A DNA stretch of 64,000 nt, taken from positions 314,240-378,239 of the forward strand of contig NMRA01000295.1 of the NCBI GenBank assembly GCA_002633005.1, in the 5' to 3' direction. The position numbers and the translations under genes are program-made. Each line of letters begins with the position of its first letter. Position 1 is the first letter of the stretch. Under the pieces are notes generated by a model, which saw only the letters and a program-made list of their open reading frames with translations, did not search any database and had not been told where the DNA came from. This DNA comes from Phoronis australis (Eukaryota; Animalia; Phoronida). Below are positions 11,001 through 25,000 of the stretch, one piece after another.

Positions 11001-14000
11001 CCAGAATCACTCATTCAGTATGTTAAACTTTGCATCTAATGGGAGAGAATATGATGGAAATGTTCTGTTTTTGGCTAATTTTTCGTATGATTTCCTGCAT
11101 AATTTTTCCTGGTCTGCAAGGACAAAATTAACGCTTTAGAGTAACTAATCTTGAGACTAGATTTTATGTAATAACATTTGCACTTGGATACAGTAGTTTT
11201 CAAAAAAGTTTATGGTATATCTTGTCGCAATTTTGAAGCAAAAATTTTTGTCGGACTAATTTTGGAAGACTTTAGGTTATTTTCCGCCTGTTTTTTCTTT
11301 TAGGTTTTTGCCTCGATTTTGACAAAGCCAGGTGAATTTTTATAAAATTTATCAACTCATCTTGAAAACTACTGTCAGTACTAAGACCACTCCTTTGTAA
11401 TTGAGATTATTAATGAGGCGTTCTAATGTTGCTTCTGCGCAGTGTCTCATTGATTTTTGTCGAATGGGAAAGCAAAAAATTTCGACTTCATGTTGTTTTT
11501 CATCTGATTTGTTTGCAGGTTTTCGCTTACACTTTTTTTTTGAAATATATGTTTTATGAAAACATCAACAGAACTTGTTGAACTATTAAAGTTCATCTTG
11601 CCATACAAAAATTGCAGATCAAGTAACCAGCCGAGCCAACCCGGTGCCCTTCCAGGGGAACAGACCACCGACCCGAGTGGCCGCCTGAGTACTGTCTTCT
11701 CCAGCCAACAACAGGTGGAGTCAATGGGTAGCGCTAGCCATACAGAAGCTGGCTGCTACTCAGACGTTTACCGCAATGTGACCAATCCCATCCGACCAGC
11801 TCATGGTATGTTATTGGTTATTTCTGTATTCAAAGCAGTTCATGATGCATTAAATTACAATGTGGTAGATAATTAAGATATGGGATGAGATTATTAATGA
11901 GGCGTTATAGTGTTGCTTCTGCGCAGTGTCTCATTGATTTTTGTCGAATGGGAATGCTAGCGTGATGTTATCAGTTAGGCCACCAGCCGCATTTGTTAAC
12001 CGTCGCCGACATTCGTCTTACTTATCTCTGTCGCTATCTCACAAGATCACTGCTAGAGACTTATGGTGGGAACGACGCGTGTTGCTCACACATGGTTAGT
12101 TGCTCACTTGTTGTAAATGTGTCACATAATGTGTACGACACATTCCTTTACAGCTGGACCCAGTGCTGCCATTGGAGGTCCTGGTCAGAGGTCCAACTGT
12201 CCCCCCACCTGGACACAGGCCAATCCATTTCCTGGAAATCAGGTAATAGGACAAGCCGTCATCCTCTAATCTCCAAAGTCGTTGTTGACTTAGAAATATA
12301 ACCAATCACGCTGCAGGACTAGAGTTTGGCAATGTAAGTTTGCCCGAGCCATGAGATACTATCGGTCAATTTTCGAGTCTGGTTTTACATACAGAGATGA
12401 GAAAGTGTGCCAAGGTTTTCTTCATCCATGATTGTCGATTGTTGGATGTGTTTTACATAGTCAAGACAACATCAGTTACATTACAAATCTGACTCTTGTC
12501 TTGTGACGCTTGTGTTTTGTTCACTCTGTTACACGATAGATCATTGACAACAAATTCGCAGCTCTGATATTTGCCTATGAAAATCCCCAAAGGAGGCACC
12601 ACTCCCTTCCAGTGTGCATCTCAGCTTTAAGATAATGAGCGGAAGACGTACTTGGCGGACATGAAACCTCTCATCACGCCGCCAGTGAATTGTGACGTCA
12701 CGGCCAACAGGGAAACTAGTGTTGTTGGTGGTGCACAAATCTTGTGCGTATGAGAATGTACAGAGTTGGCGGTCCATTAACTATGGTCTATGATTACAAT
12801 CACAATAGAATGAATATAATTCTGTCCTGTGCTGGTCGATCAACACTTGCAGTCACTACTGCGTATTCCGTTTGGTCTGTGTTCTCGGATGTTGGTTCTC
12901 ACTCCTATGTTTCACTGATCAGTCCTTTCTGTGTGTCAACGTTGTACAGTTGGTCTCCTATTTGATTTCAGTTATAATACATGCATTCTAAGCCTACAGT
13001 ATTGTTCACACAAAACTAAACAAACTTGGACAGAATTCTCTCAGTGAGCCGGTAATGGTACTAATAGGTTGAATTTTTCAACAAACAGTAAAATATTATT
13101 TTTGTCAAAGTTTTGTCAGAGTTCAATGTGGCATTATTGCGCCTTGCCCCTAATTGTTTATTTGTGAGCTGTCAAGATTTAGCCAGAATTGAAACATATT
13201 GTTGTCGAAAACCTAAGATATTTAGTAACCGTTTTTGCGCCAACACTTTGGTGATTGTTTTAATTTGTTCCGTTAATTGAAAAGTATGTATTTAATAATT
13301 TTTCTGGGCGCATGGAAATTTTGTGTTTAAGATATAGGCAGCTTTTCGTATGGTGCCTTTCACTGGCTTCGCTTGTTTGTTCATTTTTTCAATGGACCAT
13401 GATGAATTTTTTCACAAGGGTATATGGAGGACTTTTTGGAATCCCCTATTGGTTTTTACAATATTGGGCAAAAAATTCCTCGTCTGTCTATTATTGATGA
13501 AATGCCTTCAGTAATGATTTTAAATGAGAGTTAACACACATGGTGATAATGCTCCAGCACCAGTCAATTTTTGATCACCTTCTCAACTAGTGTGGCACCC
13601 CTGTTGGCCGTTTTAGTTTTTGATAAAAAAATTCTCTGGTCAATTTTTGGCGATACTATTGGACAAATTTTGCTGAAACTGGACACAGAGGTATATCTTG
13701 GGTATGCGCCAATTTCAATTGATTTTCAGACTGATTGAACTACCTCTTGTTGTCTGTTTTAGTTTTCAACAAGAAGTCCTTGTCAATAATTTTTTGCCAA
13801 AGGACTTGGCAAATGGCTCTGAAGGTTACGCTGGTGTCAGTCGATTTCCAAACTAATTCGACTTTCGTGGCACCCCCTATTTTCCATTTTAGTTATCTAC
13901 AAACTTGCCCTCAGTTCTTATCAAAACTGCTTGACAGAGTTATGTACTGGAAATGCGTCACCTGTTGCTTTTCTGTGGAGTCAATTATCCTTGGTCCCCC

Positions 14001-17000
14001 TATAGGCAACTTTAGTTTTCATCCATTTTCCTTTTTTGTTGATAAAAGTTACAATGCCTTGACAAATTTTGATATATTTTGACATCAAGGTTCGTGGTTT
14101 GGATGTGCCAGCACAAGTAGATTTTATGCTGAAATCGACTACTTGGGCACCCCCTGTTGGCCATTTTAGTTATTGCTTGCTCTTCATTACTGTCAAAATG
14201 TGTGGGCAGAGTGTTCGATTGATCTTGACCAAGTTGTGTATGGCTGGAATGTGCCAGTAGCAGCCGACGTCCTGGTTTGACCACAGCATAATTCTATATG
14301 CAACATGGTGCTTGTAAACACCATGTCGTTTGTGGTGCAGTCATGAGCTTATTTCTCTGGTTTCGGAGGTCATTTCCGCTGTTCTGCTCTTAGCTAAGCA
14401 CAGATGACCTGTACCAGGTCCTGTTGACTCATGTTGATTGACCCCTATTTAGTGACCCATATTGGGTGACCTCTTACTGAAGTGGAGTACTACCTGTTTC
14501 AGAGGCCGCCTTCAGACTTCACTCAGCAGCTTAGTCCGGTCACTTCTCAAGGTAAGTTAGACTTGACCTACACTCAAGATTTGTGTACTGAGTAAACATA
14601 CAGACCTTCTTGACCTGTCCACGATAGTAGTTTCCTAAGCTGTCTTAAGTGCTGGACAAGCATTTCGGTTGTCGTGAATAAATTCCAAGCATTCTATCGG
14701 GTTGTTTGATAACTGATAACGGATTTGAACGTTGTACACTTCAAATACTTTTAATTTTCTCCGTTAAAATGTTAAAACTTTAGAGCAGGCTGTTTCCTTC
14801 TGTTTAGCTTTATGTTCAAAACTAGACAACTTAGTTGATCTGACAAAAATCATTTGTCATGACTGTACTTTATTTTTATTGCCTCAAAGAGGTTTCAGAA
14901 CAATGTTTAATGTTGAATCTGATGCAGAGATGAAGAGGATGATGAGATTATAATTTGAAGTGCTTCTATTGTTTTTCAAATGCATTGTGGGATAGTTGTT
15001 GGCTTGTGAACACCCGGCAGCAGCACGGTTAACTTGGTGGTATGCAAACAATATGACGACTTGTCACTTGAATGCTCCATAATAGATAGCATGGGTCCAC
15101 TTTTTTGGTACAAGTATGATTAAGCAACCATCATACACAAAGATACGAAAGTGAGTAAAAATGCATGGATTGAATGCATAGATTAGTTAATGTTTTGCAC
15201 AAAACCATATTGTACTCGAGTAGAACTATTGGACACATACCTTGAGCTTGCACAAACGGAGAATGTCAGAAATGATTTTGAGTTTGATATCGAATGAAAA
15301 GATTATACCCTGGACCCTGGTCACCACGGTCAGCGATATATCACCACACCTCGTCCATATTTCAGGTCACCCTGTCTACACACAGCTGCCACAGACTGCC
15401 TCCTCGCAGTCCACGAGACAGTATGGCTGGCAACAACATTGGCAAGGTAGTTATATATTAATTACTTTAAATGTCTATCATCTTGGTGATACATTGTCAT
15501 TCGTGTTGTCTCATCACCAACAGGGAGATTTACTATTAATTTAGCTTCCAACTGTCTTAGACAACAGTGTTCCTCAGAATGATGTCGTTATTGCTGGCTG
15601 TTGGTTGTTGGTATGTGATTGTGCAGTCAATACCTGATTATTAAAATGTTGGTAACACAATACAAATGTCCCTGTTTATGGTGGGGTTGCCATGTTTTAT
15701 ATGTATCGCTTCCCTGATTTTTCTGGGAATGTCTATAGTGCCACTCTCTAATTGACTCTCAAGTTTCCCTCTTCTCGACCCATTTTGGAAGATGATCTCA
15801 TTACGATGATTTCATCCATAACTGATTCGGCGGAATGTCGTGGCCTAATTACAGGTCCTTCTTTAATTAAACTGTTAATTTACCTTGGACACATTCTTGT
15901 GTCGCAAAGTGGCTCTGGTGGTAGGCACATTCTTTCTAGACAATCTCCATCATCTTGCACGAAGCATTAGTTAACATTTATGTGATATTGAAATTCACGA
16001 TAAATTTTTGAGGGTTGCCTTGGGTTATGGGGTATTTTCGACTTCACAGTTTGCGGTGACATAGTTGCTTGATGTCAGGCTAAAATGGGTTTACTGGGGA
16101 TTTACAAAAGAGCCCCTAAAAGCCTATTTTCCAGAAGTGATTTTGTGTCCACAAAAAATGCGGGGAGCTCTTTCGGAAAAAGTAGCGGCCTTTTTATAAA
16201 TTTCTATTGCCATGTGCTATGAGATGGCCTAATATAAGACTACGGTCTGGCTATCCGTTCGATTTATCTATAAACTTGAAAAATTTGAACGCCCTTTTTA
16301 AGGACCAAAGTTGATGAAATAACATTTCCCATACCCTTCTCCCGTGAAGAGTTTTCCAGTCTTCTTTTCCCAAAGAGCTCTCATGCAGGGGTTTTCTGTT
16401 GGTGCGGGCTATTTTTAGTTTTCCCTGATTGTATCCACAGAACAGACTGGTCTCAGGGCGGTTCTTCAGCTCCATGTGTGGCACAGTGTTAAAATTGTAC
16501 ATTAAAGTTTAATGATGTATTCACATGCTCCTAACTATGCTAATGTATAGCATGAATTAAATGAGAATGCTATTTTAACAACTTGTAAATGTGGTAACAA
16601 AAACTTTTTGCGAATAGGTGACCATTGCACTATACGTATCCCACGGGCTCATGTAGCCTGCATCGTGCAGTGTAATTGCCCAGCACTACGTCACCATACT
16701 TGCTGGACTCGGGTCAGTGATTTGCAGCAGATCATTTTCACCATGAAACTCGCTCTTAAGATCATTAAGCAGTGGTGGATCTAGGATATCACAAGGGGAG
16801 GCTCAACATTTTGTCTGTAAACATTTGCTCAAAGCACGATTGTAGATGCGCATAGCACCGAATGGGGGGAGGTTTGCCCCCCTCCCTCCCAGGATATTTT
16901 TCTGTTTTTTCCTCCAAAAATCAAGCATTTTCCTTGATTCCCGAAGTATTATCCAAGAAAAAAGACCAAAAAAAAAACACTGAGAAAGTGTCACACAGGA

Positions 17001-20000
17001 AAAACTGCAGGTATCACAGACTCGAACTTATGACCTGGCAGATAGAGCGCGCATGCATTACCATTACACCACCACGATTTATCTCCTAATTATGTACCAA
17101 GAGACCTACTTGTTTATAGTCCACAGCGTTTGCGCGCGAAATCTTCTTATTACATGTTTTATATTTTGTGATATCAGCTCGTAAGAAATTTGTTGTATTT
17201 AAAATAGTCTTCAATTGCCCAAAAGACCAAATCCGTTTTTTGTGTTGACAATAATGATGCGATTGCTTTGGAAATTGTCTTAAGTTAAGGTTTGACAAAG
17301 TGAGAATTATGAGTTTCTGAGCGATTTACTAAGGCTTTGATTAAAATTGACATCGTACCAGCAGCTTCTTTTTTTCATCATCACTCAGATTCCATTTTCT
17401 TTAAAAAATGGAGTAATTTTCTTCATCGCACAGTGAAGCAGACGACGGAAGCGGAGTCGTAGTGCCCAGCGCCACTGCCGGTCGCCTGGGTTATCGCGAA
17501 GAGCCAATACTTAGCCATAGTTCCGTTACGATTGCGCCGTGTTTCGAATTTGACACTTGAAATTGGATCTGAGCCTCCCCCCCCCAAACACTTAAACTGC
17601 ACACATTTGAATCTTGTTTCAGCCGTATAATTTTAATTACCGGGGTTAATTAATAAACTCAACATTTCCCAATGCTCTTGCTGTTTTATTTTTTTCCGGC
17701 AGCCATAGGAGGGCCCCTCCCCTAAATCCGCCTATGCATTAAGCAATTTTCAATGTACTTCATCATAATGCGTGTCATCGTTATATGTTGTGTTTCTAAG
17801 TAATTTTGACAAGCAGTCACAGAGATAAGGAATTATCCTTCAAGTTCCACTTTAAGGCCATCACATATAATAGTTAAGTTAATCTTGGAATTGTTGAGAT
17901 TCATTACTTATTTCTACTAGTTCGTGCCACATCATTTAAACTGAAAATCTCAAAAATAAGGGGTTGTCCAAGCACAGGCGTTTAAAAGCTGTTAAGTTAT
18001 GGTGTTTGTTTATCAATTTACCTGTTCTGGTTAACAATGTGTTTTTTTTTTTTGAAGTCTACATGCAGTTCCAGTGATAGTCTATTGGTGGCGCCTCAAC
18101 TGGTTGTTATATATCATTCTTGTTTATAGATTTGCAATGTTTATTAGTGATCTATGGCAAGAGGTAAATGCGATCAATGAGTTTCAATGAGCCTCTGTTG
18201 ACTCTTTCTTAGTTCATTGCTTGTGTGACAATAGAGCAAATTTCCTCTTTTGTAAATTAATGTAAATTAATTAAACCTGGTAAGCAGTGAGTAGCTGTTT
18301 TTACAAGTAGAGAGCATTAGACTATTGTGTTATGAACAATAAGCAAACAATGTTGTAAATCAAGGTGTACTATAAATTACTGGCTTTGGTTCTCTTGGTA
18401 TTAAAGCAGTGGAGACCAGATTGGTTAGAACAAGCTGGCTGTGTTTTTGGTTAAAAGTCATCACATCGATGTGTAACGGTGTATATGGATACGTAGTGTT
18501 TAGTTGCATTTATGCAGACCTTAGTATTAAGTGATGTATTTTAGTTGCTCGTAATCGCTAAACAAAATTGTCTGTTGACACAGCTACGAACCCGTGGCCT
18601 ATCAAAGAAATTCGCTTTTGATTTCATTCGCTGATCTGGACTTGTTCTGTGCTCAGGTGGAACATTGTTACTTGGCGGAATTCTTTGAGTTCCGACAAGT
18701 ATGTTGCTCTCTCTTCGTGTTTTTTTTTTGTTTGTTTGCACTCTACAGGTCGCAATTTTTGTCCGATTCTCACGAAATTTGCACATGACATGTAGATCGG
18801 AAAGTCCTGGAAGCCTATTGTTTTTGGTCATGATCGGATTCAAAATGGCGGACGTGACGGCCATTTTGTATCCGATTTCAGAGTCAAATGCTCATAGAGG
18901 CCGCATTTTTCGAAACGTGGTACGATTATTATAGAACACGTGCTACAACTGCCGAAAATCGTTGACTTCCAGTCAAAGATGGCGGAACTATTGGAAATGG
19001 CGCATACACAACTCGATATCTAGCCGAAAACGTTTTCTCCTGTAGAGGGCGCATCGACAAACCAATCATTTTCAAACTAGTCACATGTTTGTTGCTATTA
19101 ATCGGCTTTTATAAAATTTTGTTTAACCGGAAGTCACTTTCAAGATGGCGGTTCTGGCGCATTTTCACCCGTTTTATCGTTCTGCTGTCGCATTTTTAAC
19201 GGAAAAAGCAAATGACGTGAATTTTTGCATGTGGATTCCTTGAAGTATGCTCTTTCAAAAGTTCTACGATAACGTTTTTCTCAGACTTACCGTTTTTGAG
19301 TTATTTGACTTTGAATTTCAAAAAAACGCAAAATTTCAATTTTGTCGAAAAAAATATGGAATGTTGGGAAACTATCAATTTAGATAGAGTTTTGAACGGG
19401 CTATTAGAAGATGTTTTTCTTTTTTCACTACGACGTCTATTTTTCGAATTATTCAACATTTTGTGATAGCGCTGTTCCTTTGTTCACCGGTCTTGCTGCA
19501 CTGATGTTGGTTTAGCTTCTATTGAACAAGACCATGAAGTCATTGCTCGTAGAGGCCTCATTTTTCAACGTACAGGGCTGAAACTTGTGACGATTATTAT
19601 AGAGCACAAGCACTACACTTGCGCCGTAAATCATCAACTTCCGGTGAAAGATGGCGGATATATTGGCAAAGGCGCATGCACACCTCGATATCTGGTCAAA
19701 AATTTTCTCCTGTAGAGGACGCACTGGCGAACCAATCATTTTCAAACTGGTCACATGCTTGTTGCTATTAATCGGCTTTTATAAAATTTTGTTTAACCAG
19801 AAGTCACTTTCAACTATCAATTTAGATAGAGTTTGGAACAGGCTTTCAGAAGAAGTTTTCCATTTTTCGCTAGGACGTCTACTTTTCGAATTATTTGAGA
19901 TTTTCTGATAGCGCTGTTCCTTTGTTGAACGCTCTTACTGCATTGACGATGGTTTAGTTTATTTAAACAAGACTGCTTCTTACTAGTTAATGACATCTAA

Positions 20001-22012
20001 GTTTGTTGTATGAATGTTATGATGTTGTTCATCATTACCACCTTCATCATCACAATCATCATCCTCGTTAATTTTGCCTGTTGTTGCTCAAGACTGTAGG
20101 GAGCACTGAACAGTCAGGCCGCGGCCACGGAGCATTTTCTAGTCCCTAGAATTTATGTTGAGGGCGTGTGTCAGGTTTGGCGGGTGGTTTGAGGAAATTG
20201 TTGACAACAATTGCCAGGAAACTTATTTACTTTTGTTTTTGAATGAGAAAAGCCAAGTTTTACCTACTTTTGATGCAAACTGGTGGTTGTCATTTGCTAT
20301 CAACCCGTCCGCTGTCCGAGAAACCGGGTGCGATTTCAGGTGGCTGTCAGACAGATCAAATTTGCCAAAAAAGTAGCTGGTAAGAGGCTTACTATGACCA
20401 CATAGTTAGAATATTGTGAGGACGAACATTCTGAATCTTTAGTCAGACTTTTTCTAGCACTTGCAGGGAAGTGCTTATTTCGGGGAGAAAATTGTCAAAT
20501 TTGGCATTTTTTTGCAAATAGTTTTGTTTTCTTGCCATGTATATTAACCGATCAGTTCGATAGAGTTTTAAACGGGCTTTCATAAGATATTTTTCATTTC
20601 TCGCTAGTCGTCATGATCGTCGTCGTCGTCCTCCCCATCGTCCTGTTTTTGCGTAATTTCGCCAAGTGTCGCTCCTCGTGTCTGTGTTATCATTTTTGCA
20701 TGAGATGCGCTTGGCGCCTAAAATAATCGCCTTTAACAAGCTAACTTGCATAGCCTACACTTGCTTTAGCTTGTTTCAAGAAAGCTGTCTGAGCTAAAAC
20801 AATTTGTAAGCTTAAGTCAAGTTTAAGATATTTCTTACCGTCGTCTTTGTTCTAAGTCTTCTTTACAAGGCTGAAATAGCTCACATACACAAAGAAAATT
20901 TTCAAAAAAAACGTTCATAATAGAGAAGCATTGCATGGTTGAACTCAAAAACTTTTTGGGCATAAGTTGATATTTGACGTAGTTTTCATAAAATGCTGCA
21001 ATGCATATGTGTTCCAACCTTGTCTGTTGAAAATGTGAAACTATCCAAATTTAGATTATAAAGTTAAACCACTTTGACTTCAGAGGGCGCAATAAAAAAC
21101 AACTTGATAGGGTGTCAAGAAGCTTTGCGCAGGTGTTGTTGTGATAAAACCATTCTATGTTGAGTAGAGTTTCTTTGGTGAATGTAAATGACAGCTAAGA
21201 TTGAGGTAAGATAACTTTAAGATGGAATATCTTAAGGGCCTTTCATTCTAACGTCGACGGATCGATGTTTTGGGGAGTTGTGGTCAGTATGAATGGTTAA
21301 CTTCATTCCTGGATTGAAGTTAACAGCCCCAGTTTTTAACTTCGCAGTGAACGGGTGGTTTTAAAAGTGGAGCATCGACGCTGCGGTGCAGTATGAACGG
21401 TCAACTTCGGTCCCATCGAAGTGCCACTGTTATCGTCAACAATTAAAGGATAATGTTGTCACATGTAGTTGCTTATATTTTGCTCGAATGATAACGAATG
21501 GAATTAAAAATAAGTTTTATGTCAATTAGAACATGTAAAAATGTTCCCAAATTGTCACATTAAAAAAAATCTAAGTGTGCAGCGCTACCTTGCGATTACC
21601 TCGATGACGTCAACGTCACCTACCTACTGTTAACTACCGAAGCCTGTATGAACAGTTTACTTATAGTTAATTTCGCAGTTGATGTCGATGCTCCACACAA
21701 ACCAGAGTTAAGTCAGTATGAAAATGCCTTTAGTTTAGGTGCAGTGCTAGACAAAGGTAATCGGACAGAATACCATTATCCTGCCATGACAGCTAATTAT
21801 GTTGACAACAATAATGACTGTATGGGGGAAAAATTCTAATTGGAGTATGGCTTATCCAGCTTACTAACTTACCTGTTAATTCCCTTTCATTGTCTGTCAC
21901 GTGGCAAGACTAGCTTGGCCATGAATTTGGTTTCGACCCAGCCGTCATTGCACGGAATTGTGGGTTATTACTTGGCGAAATAAATTTCGCCAAGTATGTT
22001 GCTCTTCCACTA

Positions 22013-22045
<33 letters not shown>

Positions 22046-25000
22046 CGCGGATTGGGTAGTCCTCACTCCGGTCTCTGTCTCTAGACTGGTCTTAGACTTA
22101 GACAGTACCTCCGTCTGAACTGNNNNNNNNNNNNNNNNNNNNNNNNNNNNNNNNNNNNNNNNNNNNNNNNNNNNNNNNNNNNNNNNNNNNNNNNNNNNNN
22201 NNNNNNNNNNNNNNNNNNNNNNNNNNNNNNNNNNNNNNNNNNNNNNNNNNNNNNNNNNNNNNNNNNNNNNNNNNNNNNNNNNNNNNNNNNNNNNNNNNNN
22301 NNNNNNNNNNNNNNNNNNNNNNNNNNNNNNNNNNNNNNNNNNNNNNNNNNNNNNNNNNNNNNNNNNNNNNNNNNNNNNNNNNNNNNNNNNNNNNNNNNNN
22401 NNNNNNNNNNNNNNNNNNNNNNNNNNNNNNNNNNNNNNNNNNNNNNNNNNNNNNNNNNNNNNNNNNNNNNNNNNNNNNNNNNNNNNNNNNNNNNNNNNNN
22501 NNNNNNNNNNNNNNNNNNNNNNNNNNNNNNNNNNNNNNNNNNNNNNNNNNNNNNNNNNNNNNNNNNNNNNNNNNNNNNNNNNNNNNNNNNNNNNNNNNNN
22601 NNNNNNNNNNNNNNNNNNNNNNNNNNNNNNNNNNNNNNNNNNNNNNNNNNNNNNNNNNNNNNNNNNNNNNNNNNNNNNNNNNNNNNNNNNNNNNNNNNNN
22701 NNNNNNNNNNNNNNNNNNNNNNNNNNNNNNNNNNNNNNNNNNNNNNNNNNNNNNNNNNNNNNNNNNNNNNNNNNNNNNNNNNNNNNNNNNNNNNNNNNNN
22801 NNNNNGAATTAAATGATACCATCAGTTTAGATAGAATTTTGAACGGGCTTTCAGAAGATGTTTTCCATTTTTCGCTAGGACGTCTACTTTTCGAGTTATT
22901 TGAGATTTTCTGATAACGCTGTTCCTTTGTTGAGCGCTCTTGCTGCATTGATGTTGGTTTATCTTCTATTGAACTAGACTGTAGTCTATTTCTTATTGAT
23001 TTATGACATCTAAGTTCGTCATATGAATGTTGTGATGTTGTTCATCATCGCCACCACCATCATCATATTCGTCATCATCGTCATCATCTTCGTCATCATC
23101 TCCGTCGTTATCTTTTCCGTTAATTTCACCAAGTGTCGCTCAAGACTGTATCCTTTTTCTTACTAATTTCGGACTTATACATACGTTCGTCATGTGTATG
23201 TTATTATTACTTCTTTTGTTCATCCTCGCCACCATCGCCGTCATATTCGTCATCTTTGTCGTCATCTTTTTGGTTAATTTCGCCAAGGTTCGCTCCTCGG
23301 AGCGCTTTCATTTTGTATGTCATTTGGCTTGCACTGTGCTATTTAGAATCGTGCTAAAAATCTTTCAAGTTTCAATTTGTGTCATAAGCTACTGTCAAGC
23401 CTGCATAGTTAGTCAGATGTTAACAAAATGATAGATTTTGACTTGGTGAAAGTGTGTTGGTAGAAAGCCTGTGGAATTTGATATTTTGGTAATCTCTTGT
23501 CAATTGGGTCATGTCTTTTTGGTAAAATTTAGCAAGGAGAAACTGTGATTGCAAAGCAATGGGTATCAATAACTGATAATAAATGTCTTTTGATATAATG
23601 TTCTAGCTGAGATCTCAAAAACACTGTTACAGTTTTTTATATCTCATTTTCGTTCTATGTAACTTCAGAGTTTTTTCAAAAACGATGACAACATTTAAAA
23701 GTTTCATATGAATCTGAGTAGCCATTTCTGAGATGTCACGTTTGGAAGTTTGGTCCTTTTTAGGGTCCTACATTATCTTATAACAGATCTTAAACTTGTA
23801 GGTGAAATTTTAAACAAATATGAGTGTAACACAAAGTGGTCAAATCAAACAAAAATTATAGTTTTTGATTAAAGACAGTTGAAGATTGCTTTTTAAATAC
23901 AGGGTGTCCCAATACCAGAAAGATGCACTCGCGCCTCAGTACAATGTTGTTAACATGTAGTTACTCACACCTTGCTTTGGTAGTACTCGTTTGGGCCTTA
24001 GGGGGCGCTGTGGTCATGGTGTGGGCAAAAATCTATTGCGCCCTGCTACTGGAAACTCAGAAAACATGATAGGAGTTAAAAGACAATAAATCTGCTTCTT
24101 AAGTGGGTAATGAATCCATTTATTTTGTTTTAAAGAATGTCTGATCTAATTCCTTTTGATGATATCTTTTTGAATTTAAATAGTAATATTGTTATTGAGT
24201 CAATAATAAACAGTTATCGTCAATTGATGAGTGACATCTTTGCAACACCATGTATAACGATTTTCATTTCACAAGTAATAATTACCTCATCACTCTCCTT
24301 AATATGCCAGAATAGTTTTTCAATAGTTACTAGACAGTTTACTTTGATGATTTGTATGTGGTTTTTAGTAGCATGTCGGCAGTGTTGAACTTTTTTTAAC
24401 ACTGCCATCATGCATTATGTAGAAGTACGCAAAAATTGTCAAGGAAGAAATATGACCTAATTTTGTTGAGAGAATGAAATTGTGTTGCAAAAAGAAAATT
24501 CATTTATCTTGTGCCACCATCAGAATGTTGTACTGTAAATTGTCATGTACTCTAAGAAATGCGTGATATGAGTCACCAGGTACCTATATGCGGGGGGGGG
24601 GGCATTCAGCTGTGCCAGGCATTCAGATCACTTTGCATGATATTACCCTTGATTTTTTAAAATTTCCTGGTTGTCTTCGATCAGTTTGCTTATGAGGGTT
24701 GACATCTGACAATCAACTTGCTCGGGAAATGTGGGTGTCTGGGCACTGGGAAATGACGGTCAGTTTTGTTCATCTTCTTGAATGGAAATTCTTAATGTCT
24801 TAGTGAGCGATAAGTGCATCAAAGTTTTGAGACATCCAGTTTAGGTAGCACAATACAGAAAAAACATAAGTCAAATATTGAATTAGCGACGTTGCATTCT
24901 TCTCTCACGGACTTCAGCTTGGCAAGTGATGTTGCTATTGTTCTGACCAATTGGTGGCGTTTAATCCAGTGGACACGGCATTGAATTCAGGGCACCCATA

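Noticed and set aside
22010-22948. Long ORFs here and at 34704-35154 and 55974-56826
   Set aside because: They consist mostly of N gaps translated as X.
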